Assembly (NCBI GenBank): GCA_004524445.1
Contig: SDNP01000012.1
Location: 16,145 to 80,144 of the forward strand
Length of the DNA: 64,000 bases
DNA from: Candidatus Thorarchaeota archaeon
GTDB lineage: Archaea; Asgardarchaeota; Thorarchaeia; Thorarchaeales; Thorarchaeaceae
Reading direction: 5' to 3'
Part shown: positions 37,631-47,569 of the stretch, piece after piece
Layout of the letters: every line of letters starts with the position of its first letter
Numbering within the stretch: the first letter of the stretch is position 1
The notes under the pieces: generated by a model
Database searches by the model: none
Seen by the model: only the letters and a program-made list of their open reading frames with translations
Told to the model about the DNA's origin: nothing
Translations under genes and position numbers: made by a program

Positions 37631-39445
37631 GTGAAGGGATACAGGGGAAAGACACTCCGAATAAATCTCAGCACATCAGAAACCTCAGTCGAGGAACTGA
37701 ATGAGGAGCTGGCAAGGCGGTTCATAGGCGGGGCAGGACTTGGAACCAGATTGTTATACGATATGGTGGACAAAGATACCAATCCCTTAGGGCCACACAA
37801 TCCGCTGATATTCATGACAGGACCATTTTGTGGGACGATGGTTCCTACTGGAAGCAAGGCATCTCTATGTGCACGTTCCCCGTACACGGGTCTCTTGGGA
37901 TATAGCACCTTTGGAGGTCACTTGGGCGCAGACATCAAGTTCGCCGGTTACGATGGAATTATCATTACTGGGCAAGCGAGCAAGCCGAGCTATGTTCTAG
38001 TAGAAGATGGGGATGTCGAAATCCGAGATGCAAGAGAAATTTGGGGATTAAATACTGAGGACACATGGAACGCTCTCAAGGAGGAAACAGGTTATAGAAA
38101 TGCAGGAGTTGCACGCATAGGAATTGCAGGCGAAAATCTCGTCAAATTTGCCAGCGTGATTGTAGACCACTACCGTGCAGCAGGACGCACCGGAATGGGT
38201 GCTGTAATGGGCTCAAAGAGAGTGAAGGCATTAGTTGTAAAGGGGACCGACAGAAAAGTCCCAGTTTATGATGATGAATTAAGGGAATATACAACAATGC
38301 TCAATGATGACAAGAGAGAGGACCCCACATTTGTGATGTACTCCGATTTGGGTACAGCTGGCTATGTGGATATGGCTAGCATCATGTATGGCTCTCTACC
38401 GGCCGGGTACTATACAGTATCAGACTTCGACGCATATGACATCAGCGGGACCACCATGCGAGAAAAGATTCTTGTTGGCAAGTCTGCATGCTATCGATGT
38501 CCTATTGGGTGTGGCAGGAGAATCAAAGTTGAGAAGGGGAGATACGCAACAGAAGAGTTTGCAGGACCCGAATTGGAGATTACCGGCACCATGGGTTCCC
38601 TCATTCTAAACAACAATCTTGAAGCCTTAGCATATGTAAGCAAGCAGTTCGACTTGCTAGGCGTCGATTTCATTTCAGGTGGAAACACGATAGCTTTTGC
38701 CTACTATCTATTTCAGGAAGGAATCTTAACAGCGAGCGATTTAGATGGTATAGAGCCTGAATGGGGAGAAGTCGAGAGCGCACTGTCACTATTGGAGAAG
38801 ATATCGAAAAGGGACGGAGTGGGTGACCTTCTTGCCGAGGGAAGCAAGTCTTTCGGAGCTGAATATGGTGTTGAGGAGTTGGCGGCACAAGTGAATGGAC
38901 TAGAGCTTCCTCAGCATGACCCCCGCGGATTCTCGGGTATGGCTATAGCCTATGCTACCTCGCCCCGCGGTGCCTGTCATATGAGCGCTGATATGTATAA
39001 CGTTCAAATGGGCCAGCAGAATGAGGCTCTAGATATTGTAAGTGAGGACAGATTCGCCAATGAAGCAGATATAGCTGCCAAGCAACAAGACTTCAGGTGT
39101 GTCACTAACTCGGCGGTAATCTGCAATTTCTACCCAATAAAGGCTGAAGAGCTTACTGAACTCGTGCAAAAGGTGACTGGGTGGGATTATTCTGTATCGG
39201 AGCTAGGAATGACTGGGGAGAGAATATTCACATTAATGAGATTGCTTAACCTGAGACTCGGTTATTCCACAGAAAATGAAAAGCTGCCTCAAATTGTAAT
39301 GCAACCTTTGGAGGGACCTACAGAGGGGCATGTTCCTGATATGGATGCACAGCTATCCACTTGGTACGAATATCGCAAGTGGGATCGGAAGACAGGCAAA
39401 CCGAGCACGGAACAACTCGAGAAGCTTGGACTGGACGGTATGTAG
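37631..39445 (+). CDS. aor: Aldehyde:ferredoxin oxidoreductase (tungsten) family
   Basis: GRTGMGAVMGSK, CYRCPIGC, GPELE, HDPRG, RGACH. Confidence 0.95.
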   Translation: MKGYRGKTLRINLSTSETSVEELNEELARRFIGGAGLGTRLLYDMVDKDTNPLGPHNPLIFMTGPFCGTMVPTGSKASLCARSPYTGLLGYSTFGGHLGADIKFAGYDGIIITGQASKPSYVLVEDGDVEIRDAREIWGLNTEDTWNALKEETGYRNAGVARIGIAGENLVKFASVIVDHYRAAGRTGMGAVMGSKRVKALVVKGTDRKVPVYDDELREYTTMLNDDKREDPTFVMYSDLGTAGYVDMASIMYGSLPAGYYTVSDFDAYDISGTTMREKILVGKSACYRCPIGCGRRIKVEKGRYATEEFAGPELEITGTMGSLILNNNLEALAYVSKQFDLLGVDFISGGNTIAFAYYLFQEGILTASDLDGIEPEWGEVESALSLLEKISKRDGVGDLLAEGSKSFGAEYGVEELAAQVNGLELPQHDPRGFSGMAIAYATSPRGACHMSADMYNVQMGQQNEALDIVSEDRFANEADIAAKQQDFRCVTNSAVICNFYPIKAEELTELVQKVTGWDYSVSELGMTGERIFTLMRLLNLRLGYSTENEKLPQIVMQPLEGPTEGHVPDMDAQLSTWYEYRKWDRKTGKPSTEQLEKLGLDGM

Positions 39446-39451
39446 GCGGAG

Positions 39452-40972
39452 TCAAGAGCTCATGTTTCCAACATTAGCTAGAACAGACTTTAGCACATCA
39501 TAGAGAATACCTACGTCTTCGATTTTCAGTTTCTCGTCGGGAGAATGGGGATTCTTTATTGTTGGGCCTATCGATACCATCTGTAGTCCAGGGATTCCCG
39601 CGCCCAGAATACCGCATTCTAATCCTGCGTGGATGGCTTCCACAATCACATCTTCCCCATAAACTTCCTCATACTTTTTCCGAAGGAACTTCAGAAACGG
39701 ACTCTGTGGATTTGGAGCCCAGCCAGGATACGCCGGGCTTCTTGTGCCGACCCATCCACCCATTTTTCCAATAAACATCAATCGTCGCCTCACAGACTCC
39801 AATTCCTCTTGAATACTGCTTCGTGAGGACATCTGTAATTCAATGCCATGTTCATCAGTATTGATTACTGCCACATTGTTCGATGTTTCGACAAGATCTT
39901 CTACTGTCGGTGAATATCTCAGGGGCCCATGTGGGAGAGAATGGATTGTCCGAATAACACATACTGAGCTCTCTGTGTTAAATGTGCTAACGGGAACCGA
40001 CTCGGTCAAAGCAATGTCGATGTTTGGTTCGAGAATACCCCCGTTGATACCTTGTCTGTTGTAGTAGTCGGTTATTGCTGAGATTTCTTCCTCAATCAGT
40101 CTCTTTGTTTCATCTGCATCTTCTTTTTTCACCGCAAAGATAGCATGAGATTCTCGAGGTATCGCATTTCTCTTACCCCCACCGGTCCAATTGGATAATC
40201 TTACCTCGACTTCGTCAACCAAGGTAGACAAACATCGAGCAACAAGTTTGTTTGCATTAGCTCGAGGCTCATGAATATCTACACCGGAGTGCCCACCCTG
40301 GAGTCCTGAAATGGAAAGTTTCAGGAACAAGTCATCACTCTTCGGCTCAAATTTCTGGATCTTCTTCTCAAGAACTGTATCTCCACCACCAGCCGAGCCT
40401 ATAGTTATCACGCCTACATCTTCAGAATCGAGATTTATGAGAAGCTTGCTCTCAATGCCCATTTCTTCTGGGTCTAATGCAAAGGCACCTGTGAGACCAG
40501 TTTCTTCGTCTACAGTTGCAAGCATCTCGAGAGGGCCATGCTTGACATCCGGGTCTGTCAATATCGCTAGGCCAAGTGACATTCCAATTCCATTATCTGC
40601 TCCTAAGGTTGTTTCGTCCGCATCGACCCAATCACCATTATCCTGAATTCGAACAGGTATTGGTTTATTCTCAAAATCAAATCCACCTTCTTTATCGGTT
40701 TCACATACCATATCCAAATGACCTTGAAGCATGACCGTTGGGGCATCCTCCATGTCGGGGTCCGCTTCCTTCTTGATGAGAATGTTTCCGGCCTCATCCT
40801 CAATAACATCAAATTCTAGGTCAAGTTCTTCGGCCTTCTTGGCAATCCACTTTTTTAGACGCTGTCTGATTTTCTCCTCTTTCTTTGATGGGCGTGGCGT
40901 CTTTGTAAAGACCTCCTCGAAAATATGCCAAACAATTTGTGGCTCTAGCTTCTCAAGCACCATGATATTCAA
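39452..40972 (-). CDS. pepD: Aminoacyl-histidine dipeptidase (M20C)
   Basis: LQGHLDMVCE, TLGADNGIG, DEETGLTGA, NLDSE, GGHSG, IHAGLECG, HSPDE. Confidence 0.95.
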   Translation of the reverse strand: MNIMVLEKLEPQIVWHIFEEVFTKTPRPSKKEEKIRQRLKKWIAKKAEELDLEFDVIEDEAGNILIKKEADPDMEDAPTVMLQGHLDMVCETDKEGGFDFENKPIPVRIQDNGDWVDADETTLGADNGIGMSLGLAILTDPDVKHGPLEMLATVDEETGLTGAFALDPEEMGIESKLLINLDSEDVGVITIGSAGGGDTVLEKKIQKFEPKSDDLFLKLSISGLQGGHSGVDIHEPRANANKLVARCLSTLVDEVEVRLSNWTGGGKRNAIPRESHAIFAVKKEDADETKRLIEEEISAITDYYNRQGINGGILEPNIDIALTESVPVSTFNTESSVCVIRTIHSLPHGPLRYSPTVEDLVETSNNVAVINTDEHGIELQMSSRSSIQEELESVRRRLMFIGKMGGWVGTRSPAYPGWAPNPQSPFLKFLRKKYEEVYGEDVIVEAIHAGLECGILGAGIPGLQMVSIGPTIKNPHSPDEKLKIEDVGILYDVLKSVLANVGNMSS

Positions 40973-41057
40973 TCTCCAGTGCTCTAAGAAAAGAGCAGCC
41001 GTCTAATAGTCTTTACCACAGAGACGCTATCTTTTTGTCTATGTTCTCAAATCAATT

Positions 41058-41951
41058 TTGATTGAGAGGATTACAATGGTATTCGATCCCGCACTAACAA
41101 CAGCACTTCGCGAGGCGCTACCTTGGGCAGGCCCATTCTTCTTGGCAATCACTGAGCTTGGCTCTGAAACCTTCTATGTAGTACTAATTCTCGTGGGTTA
41201 CTGGGCATTTCGGAAGAAGGACTCCATTAAGGTGGCATATGTTCTTATCGCATCAGTTGTATCAAATTACTGGCTAAAACTAGCAATAGCAAACCCAAGA
41301 CCAGACCCAACGAACTGGTTAGGCGACTACGAAGCGAGTAATTATAGCACACCAAGCGGTCATTCTCAGAATTCAGCTACTCTATTTGGATGGATAGCTG
41401 CAAAAGCGAAAATGTGGTGGATGTACATTTTATCAGGGATTCTTATTTTTCTCATTGGAATATCTAGAGTGTATATCGGAGTCCACTATTTGGGTGATGT
41501 CTTACTTGGGTGGGGAGTAGGAATTCTTACGGTCACATTGCTTTATTTCGCAGAAGAGCCTATGTCTGCGTATTTTGAGAAAATGGATGGGCTACTCGCA
41601 TATGGTCTGCTGTTCATCTTCGGACTTTTAGCTACAATTATATCTTCGTTTCTACTTCCACAGCCACCGGGAGATAATTTCGGAGCATTAGGCGGACTAA
41701 TCATGGGTTTGGCAATTGGTCTTCCTTTGGAACAGCGATATGTGATGTTTGAAACTTCTGCACCAAATGGACAGAAGTGGCGAATAATACTCAGGGTTCT
41801 TATCGGTCTGATTTTAGTTCTTGGAGTAATGATTGGTCTGGCGCCAATCTTGGTGACCGAGAATGTATTTCTCAGGGCTATAAGATATACCCTTGTCGTC
41901 ATAATTGGTTCCTTTGTTTGGCCTCTGATATTCAAGCGGGTCGGTTTCTAA
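41058..41951 (+). CDS. PAP2 family membrane phosphatase
   Basis: K..IANPRP, PSGH, SRVYIGVHYLGDV. Confidence 0.92.
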   Translation: MIERITMVFDPALTTALREALPWAGPFFLAITELGSETFYVVLILVGYWAFRKKDSIKVAYVLIASVVSNYWLKLAIANPRPDPTNWLGDYEASNYSTPSGHSQNSATLFGWIAAKAKMWWMYILSGILIFLIGISRVYIGVHYLGDVLLGWGVGILTVTLLYFAEEPMSAYFEKMDGLLAYGLLFIFGLLATIISSFLLPQPPGDNFGALGGLIMGLAIGLPLEQRYVMFETSAPNGQKWRIILRVLIGLILVLGVMIGLAPILVTENVFLRAIRYTLVVIIGSFVWPLIFKRVGF

Positions 41952-42012
41952 GACAGTAATAAAACGCATCTCGATAGATTCAATAGCAGGGACACTAGCT
42001 AATAGAAGGAGT

Positions 42013-42741
42013 TTGAAACCTATGGAAAGTAGTTTCAGCAGTCCATTAAACAATCCTCTGTATCCTCCCCCACCCTACCATTATGAGAATGCACGATTAT
42101 CTCTTTCATTATTCTATCCGTCGGAGGGTTCAGTTCAATCACTTCTCCCAACTCCACTAAAGCCTTCACAGCTTCCGCTCATGGCTTTGCTTGTCGCTGA
42201 ACAGCCATGCAAAGAAACGGGCACTTTCATGGAGGCAGGGGTACTCGTACAGTGTATGTTTGATAATCCGGATTCAGGTCAAGAAGATGTGGGGGTTTAT
42301 TTCGCTCAGAACTTCGTTGACTCTGACATTGCTCTGGCGGCAGGGAGGGAGATTTGGGGGTACCCGAGAAAACTCGCGAATATATCTTTGGATTTGAAAG
42401 GAGATATATTGAGCACGAAGGTGATTCGAAACGGAACCCTTCTGATAGAAACCACTTGCGAATTATCAGACGAAGGTGAATGGATTGATAGCGGCCCCAA
42501 CATCAATGCCAAGGTAATACCGAAAACCGATGGAACTGGTCATTCAATATCATCTCTGACGGCAGCTTACCTCACCTATGATATTAAGAATGGCCGCTCG
42601 GGTGATGTGGAGATAAACATTCATGGGACACCCGAGAATGGTCTTGATGCCATTGAAATTGAGAGCTCAATGATTGGGCTCTATTTTGAATGCGACATGA
42701 TTGTTCCTGCGGCGAAAGAAATCGCGAATTTGGAGTTATAG
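42013..42741 (+). CDS. Acetoacetate decarboxylase-like protein
   Basis: PLYPPPPYHY, LLPTPL, AAGREIWGYPRKLA. Confidence 0.85.
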   Translation: MKPMESSFSSPLNNPLYPPPPYHYENARLSLSLFYPSEGSVQSLLPTPLKPSQLPLMALLVAEQPCKETGTFMEAGVLVQCMFDNPDSGQEDVGVYFAQNFVDSDIALAAGREIWGYPRKLANISLDLKGDILSTKVIRNGTLLIETTCELSDEGEWIDSGPNINAKVIPKTDGTGHSISSLTAAYLTYDIKNGRSGDVEINIHGTPENGLDAIEIESSMIGLYFECDMIVPAAKEIANLEL

Positions 42742-44454
42742 ATATTCACTCGCCTCAAGTTTAGCTAGCTTCAGACCGGCAAGCCTAGTATTACGTCTAA
42801 AGAGAAGATAGCATATCAATGCAAACCCGGGGAGAGCGAGGTATGTATAGAGTACATTCATTGTGAGTCCAATCGAAATCATCCCAAAAATCCCGAGATA
42901 GCCCAGTAGCAGAGGCAAAGCCAAAGTTCGCACTAGGCTCCATATAGATATCGGCATCTGTGTTGAAGAGCCACGCTGTCTCTCTATTTGACGCTCAGCT
43001 TTGAATTCTCCTCCATCTGCAGCAGCGTAGGCCGCACTCGCACCTGATGCCATTGTCAGGAATATTAGACTAATCGTGATTGCGGGAAGGTATACTAAAA
43101 GAACAGGAGTGAGGAAGTAGATGACGACCGAGGTTATGATTCCGGCGCCAATTGTAAATGGAAGAGCGCTGTACACTTTCCCCTTGAGGTAATCCTGCAG
43201 ATTTGTACTCGCAAGTTGAAGATTCATTATATTGTCACCCTCATAGACTGTTTCGAGCCCGGCAAAATAATACCCATATGCGAGAGCAATGGGGATCACC
43301 GCTGATATCATCAGGTATGGAGTGAACGCAAATGTTGTTTCGCCCCCTGCGAACGCCGGTAGTATAATCCAGATCACATATCTAATGGGTCCCAAGAGGT
43401 ATTGTGTCAATACTCTTGCTTCTCGTCTTATGTTCGAGAGATTATACCATATTGAAACACTAATCGTTTGGTTGAACTTTATTCCGGGTATTGGCTGTGG
43501 ATTCCAGGTTGAATGTTCTATAGGCACAGTCTTCTTCGGTGTGCGTTTCTCAGCGGAAGCAAGCCAACCACTGTAATGCGCTCTCTCGCTTGCAATAGCA
43601 GTCAAATAGAGTAGGCCGACTGAAATGAATCCGTAGAAAATTGCCATAGCCAAGTCCTGCATCGGGATGGGAATGCCAACAAGAGTGCGAAGGGTGATGG
43701 AGCTGGCAGCGTAGCCAGGTGTGAGGTCCGACGAGAACCCCAAGGCTTGGAGAATATCAAAGATACCACCAAAAAGCCCCGAACCAAAACCGCCATCCGA
43801 GAGGTAGAATGATGCATACCAGAGAGTGCCTCCAATTATTCCGGCAGCAGTGAGTATCGCATAACCTACCTGCTTCAGTCTTCTCCTTCCAGCCACTAGC
43901 CTAGAAACCCCAAGGCCAAGTAGTCCCCCAAAAGAAACGCCAATTGCTATCAGGAGATACATCGATAATAGAAACGCGGGAATGGACAGGAAAGCAAAGA
44001 GAACGGGGGAAAGTATACTGAACCCAGCAAATATTGATCCGCCAATTACGAGCCAGAAAATGCTGTTGTAAAATACTGTAATTATAACCTTTTCCAAGAA
44101 TAGAGTTCTGAGAGAGATGGGCATTACCATAAGATATTCCATTCGGGAGCTATTTGCTACAGTTGTAGCCATGACTGCAGTTGAGCCCAGAAAAGAAAAC
44201 AACATGAGTGTATTGAAGATTGTTGCTCCAAGCCCAGGATTTTCCGTAGCAACTGAACGTGCCAAGGGCCACAACACAGGCCCAAGAAAAACAATGAACA
44301 GTGTGATAATCACAGCGATAGCAATAGCTATTATTAATCTTGAAGACCTCTTCCAGAGAGGCTCAAGCTCAGTGCGTTTGCCACCAGGATTCACAAAACG
44401 AAATGTTCTGGACAAGTCTTGTCGAAGAAGGAAGATCAAATCAGAGAGGTTCAA
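42736..44454 (-). CDS. ABC exporter permease (large polytopic)
   Basis: Many TM helices, EYLMVMPIS..LFLEK; coupled to the ATPase gene. Confidence 0.8.
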   Translation of the reverse strand: MNLSDLIFLLRQDLSRTFRFVNPGGKRTELEPLWKRSSRLIIAIAIAVIITLFIVFLGPVLWPLARSVATENPGLGATIFNTLMLFSFLGSTAVMATTVANSSRMEYLMVMPISLRTLFLEKVIITVFYNSIFWLVIGGSIFAGFSILSPVLFAFLSIPAFLLSMYLLIAIGVSFGGLLGLGVSRLVAGRRRLKQVGYAILTAAGIIGGTLWYASFYLSDGGFGSGLFGGIFDILQALGFSSDLTPGYAASSITLRTLVGIPIPMQDLAMAIFYGFISVGLLYLTAIASERAHYSGWLASAEKRTPKKTVPIEHSTWNPQPIPGIKFNQTISVSIWYNLSNIRREARVLTQYLLGPIRYVIWIILPAFAGGETTFAFTPYLMISAVIPIALAYGYYFAGLETVYEGDNIMNLQLASTNLQDYLKGKVYSALPFTIGAGIITSVVIYFLTPVLLVYLPAITISLIFLTMASGASAAYAAADGGEFKAERQIERQRGSSTQMPISIWSLVRTLALPLLLGYLGIFGMISIGLTMNVLYTYLALPGFALICYLLFRRNTRLAGLKLAKLEASEYL

Positions 44455-45233
44455 TTCTCTTCACCAGAGTCCTCAAGGTAGCTAGCAATCAATTGCATAT
44501 CGGGTCCGCCAGTAAGTTCAAGAAAAATTTCTTCAAGAGAGGATTGCCCTTCAGCCTTTTCGCGGAGCTCATCCAGAGTTCCTTCTGCAATCATCTTGCC
44601 ATCTTTAATTATTCCAACTCTATCACACATTTGTTCGGCAATCTCTAATACGTGAGTTGACATAAGAATAGAGGCTCCACGCCTCCTCAATCCATTTAGG
44701 ATTTCCTTTATTGTCGCGGCACCTCGCGGATCTATTCCGGCTTGCACCTCATCCAAGATTAGAACCTGTGGTCTATGAACGAGCGCGGCAACCAGACTCA
44801 CTTTCCGTGTCATGCCTTGAGAGTATGTTTCGATGAGATCATCACTAGCATCTCTGATATCCAGCAGTTCAAGGAGCTCCTCAATGTCCTCCGTTCTCTC
44901 TTCACCACGGTCGACTCGCCAGATATCAGCAACATAATTGACATATTCCCAGCCAGTGAGACGCTCTGGTAACACAGGGTTTTCTGGAACATATCCGGTG
45001 ACTCGCTTTGCTTTCACAATCTCATCCTTTATTCCATGACCGTTTATCTTAGCGGTTCCCTCGGTAGGCTTGAGTAAACCAAGCAGCATTCTCATAGTAG
45101 TTGATTTACCTGAACCATTTGGTCCCAGTAACCCATAGATTTCTCCCGACTTTACAGTGAACGAGAGATGGTCTACTGCGACGAAGTCTCCGAACTTCTT
45201 TGTCAGGTCCTGCGACTCAATCATTAGAATCAA
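44451..45233 (-). CDS. ABC transporter ATP-binding protein
   Basis: GPNGSGKS, YSQGM, LILDE, STH. Confidence 0.95.
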   Translation of the reverse strand: MILMIESQDLTKKFGDFVAVDHLSFTVKSGEIYGLLGPNGSGKSTTMRMLLGLLKPTEGTAKINGHGIKDEIVKAKRVTGYVPENPVLPERLTGWEYVNYVADIWRVDRGEERTEDIEELLELLDIRDASDDLIETYSQGMTRKVSLVAALVHRPQVLILDEVQAGIDPRGAATIKEILNGLRRRGASILMSTHVLEIAEQMCDRVGIIKDGKMIAEGTLDELREKAEGQSSLEEIFLELTGGPDMQLIASYLEDSGEEN

Positions 45234-45307
45234 ATTTGACAGTTATCAGAGTAATTTATGCGTTCGCATATATATCCGGTTAGCATCCAACGGATTTATT
45301 ATTCATT

Positions 45308-46420
45308 ATGATTCGCTCATGTACCATGACGCTAGAAACTTGGAGATTGTTGGACCTAGGAGCAATCGACCCCCTGGAGACTCAAATCATCTATGATATG
45401 GTCGCTCAAGGGATTACAGAGGGAGAATCGCAGAATACAATCATTATTTGCTGGCCCGCTGAGCCCTTAGTAAGCGTTGGGTACTTCCAAGAGATAGAGA
45501 AAGATATTGACCTCGAATTTTGCCGCGAGAATGATATCGTGGTTACACGCCGTGTAATCGGCGGGGGTGGTGTCTACCTAGATGATGGACAGCTTTTCTA
45601 TCAACTAATTGGGCGAGTTGATAGTCCGACTACGCCAAAGCCCATTGATGCCTATTATCGGAAGTTTCTCAAAGCACCAGTTCAGGCATATAGGAACCTT
45701 GGCATTGAAGCTGAATTTCGGCCGGTCAATGATATTCAGGTCAATGACAAGAAAATATCGGGAAATGGAGCAGGAGATGTTGGTGATGCACGCATTCTCA
45801 CCGGCAACATGATTTTGGATTTTGACTTCGAAATGATGGTGAAGGTTCTTCGAGTACCAAGTGAGAAATTTCGAGATAAAATCTACAAGAGCCTCAAAGA
45901 CCGGATGTCAACAATTCTACTTGAAACTGGATCAATGCCAGAAAAAGATGAGGTCAAGATGGACTTAATTGGTCTTTACGAAGAAACCCTTGGCATAGAG
46001 CTGGAAAAGGGCGAGTTGTCTTCTTGGGAAAAGAGCAGGATGTTGGAGCTCCGCCCTAAATACAAATCAGATGAGTGGCTTCATTGGAGAAGCGGTGGAA
46101 GACTTGATGCCCGAACGGTTAGAATATCCGCAACAGCATCTGTTGGTACAGCGAGCCATAAGGCCGAAGGCGGGCTGATTCGGGTGACTGCAGAGGAGGT
46201 AGAAAATGAAATTAAGGAAATTGTCATTAGTGGAGATTTCTTCATGCTTCCATCCACAGCCATCGGAGCACTTGAGAATAACCTGAAGGGCACGACTCTT
46301 TCTAAGGACGCGATACTAGAAAAAATAAAGGAAAGCTATACTGAGTTTGATATCGATTCACCAGGAGTCAAGCCAGAAGATATTGCTGACACCATAGAGT
46401 TAGCTTTCGAACAGAGGTAG
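45308..46420 (+). CDS. lplA: Lipoate-protein ligase A (with C-terminal domain)
   Basis: RRVIGGGGVYLD, NDIQVNDKKISGNG, GGLIRV, ISGDFF. Confidence 0.9.
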   Translation: MIRSCTMTLETWRLLDLGAIDPLETQIIYDMVAQGITEGESQNTIIICWPAEPLVSVGYFQEIEKDIDLEFCRENDIVVTRRVIGGGGVYLDDGQLFYQLIGRVDSPTTPKPIDAYYRKFLKAPVQAYRNLGIEAEFRPVNDIQVNDKKISGNGAGDVGDARILTGNMILDFDFEMMVKVLRVPSEKFRDKIYKSLKDRMSTILLETGSMPEKDEVKMDLIGLYEETLGIELEKGELSSWEKSRMLELRPKYKSDEWLHWRSGGRLDARTVRISATASVGTASHKAEGGLIRVTAEEVENEIKEIVISGDFFMLPSTAIGALENNLKGTTLSKDAILEKIKESYTEFDIDSPGVKPEDIADTIELAFEQR

Positions 46421-46478
46421 AGCGAACGACCCGAGAGGGATTTAACGGATTGCAAAAAAGTCTTGAAGGTAACCAATC

Positions 46479-47564
46479 ATGTTGTCGGATACCACTTTCT
46501 CTGCGATTGCACCAGGAAGAGTCTGCATCTTTGGAGAGCACAGTGATTACTTGGGACTGAATGTGATTCCCGCTGCTATTAGCATGTATATCGAAATTTC
46601 TTGTTCGCCACGTGATGACCATCTAATGGATATCAGATACACGGATGTGGGAATAAAGGATACGTTCAAGATTGACAGAGAAATCGAATATGCGCATGAG
46701 AGAAACTATGTTAGAAGTGCATTTAATGTTCTTAGAAGGCATGGAATTGTCCCCGTTTCAGGTTGGTCAATGCATGTCAGAGGGAACATACCTATCGCAG
46801 GAGGGCTGTCAAGCTCGTCAGCATTAGCTGTGGCATCCGTCTTGGCATATTCTAGGATGGCTGGAGAACCTCTGAATCCCAGGGCGATAGCGGAGCTTGC
46901 ATTCCAGGCAGAGGTCAAGGAATTTGGAGAGAGTGGAGGTATGATGGATCATTATGCTTCTGCATGCGGGGGAGTTATACACCTAACTACAAAAGCCAAG
47001 ATAGAGGTGACAAGAATCCCGGCATCCATCAGTGGGCTTGTCATCGGCGACTCGGGGGAGATGAAGGAAGATACAGTTGGCGATTTGGCAGAGATCCGTA
47101 ATTTGGCTGAGAGGGGATACAGCAAACTAGCACGGTATATAGAGAATTTCGATCAGACCAAAGCACCCCTTGAAAAGGTCCAACCATTTCTGAACCGGCT
47201 TTCCTCAAGAGAGCAAAGAGTGGTGGAAACAACCCTCAAGAACAGGGACTTGACTCAGCGTGCATATGACACTCTGAAGACCAGTAACTACGAGCCTGAA
47301 GATTTAGGCTCAATGATTGACCAACATCATGTCTATCTCCGTGATGGGCTGAATCGGTCAACCGAGAAAATAGAGGAGATGATACGTGCTGCAAAGGGTG
47401 CAGGAGCTTTGGGATGCAAAATCAACGGAAGCGGGGGTGGTGGAACAATGCTGGCATATTGTCCAGGAAGGGAGGATGCTGTTTCCTTAGCTATCCAGAG
47501 AGCAGGGGGGACACCATATGAGGCCACCATTGCAAAGGGTGCCCACCTGAACATTTCAGATTGA
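46479..47564 (+). CDS. Galactokinase-like GHMP kinase
   Basis: APGRVCIFGEHSDY, PIAGGLSSSSA, GMMD, GCKINGSGGGG. Confidence 0.9.
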   Translation: MLSDTTFSAIAPGRVCIFGEHSDYLGLNVIPAAISMYIEISCSPRDDHLMDIRYTDVGIKDTFKIDREIEYAHERNYVRSAFNVLRRHGIVPVSGWSMHVRGNIPIAGGLSSSSALAVASVLAYSRMAGEPLNPRAIAELAFQAEVKEFGESGGMMDHYASACGGVIHLTTKAKIEVTRIPASISGLVIGDSGEMKEDTVGDLAEIRNLAERGYSKLARYIENFDQTKAPLEKVQPFLNRLSSREQRVVETTLKNRDLTQRAYDTLKTSNYEPEDLGSMIDQHHVYLRDGLNRSTEKIEEMIRAAKGAGALGCKINGSGGGGTMLAYCPGREDAVSLAIQRAGGTPYEATIAKGAHLNISD

Positions 47565-47569
47565 GTTGG

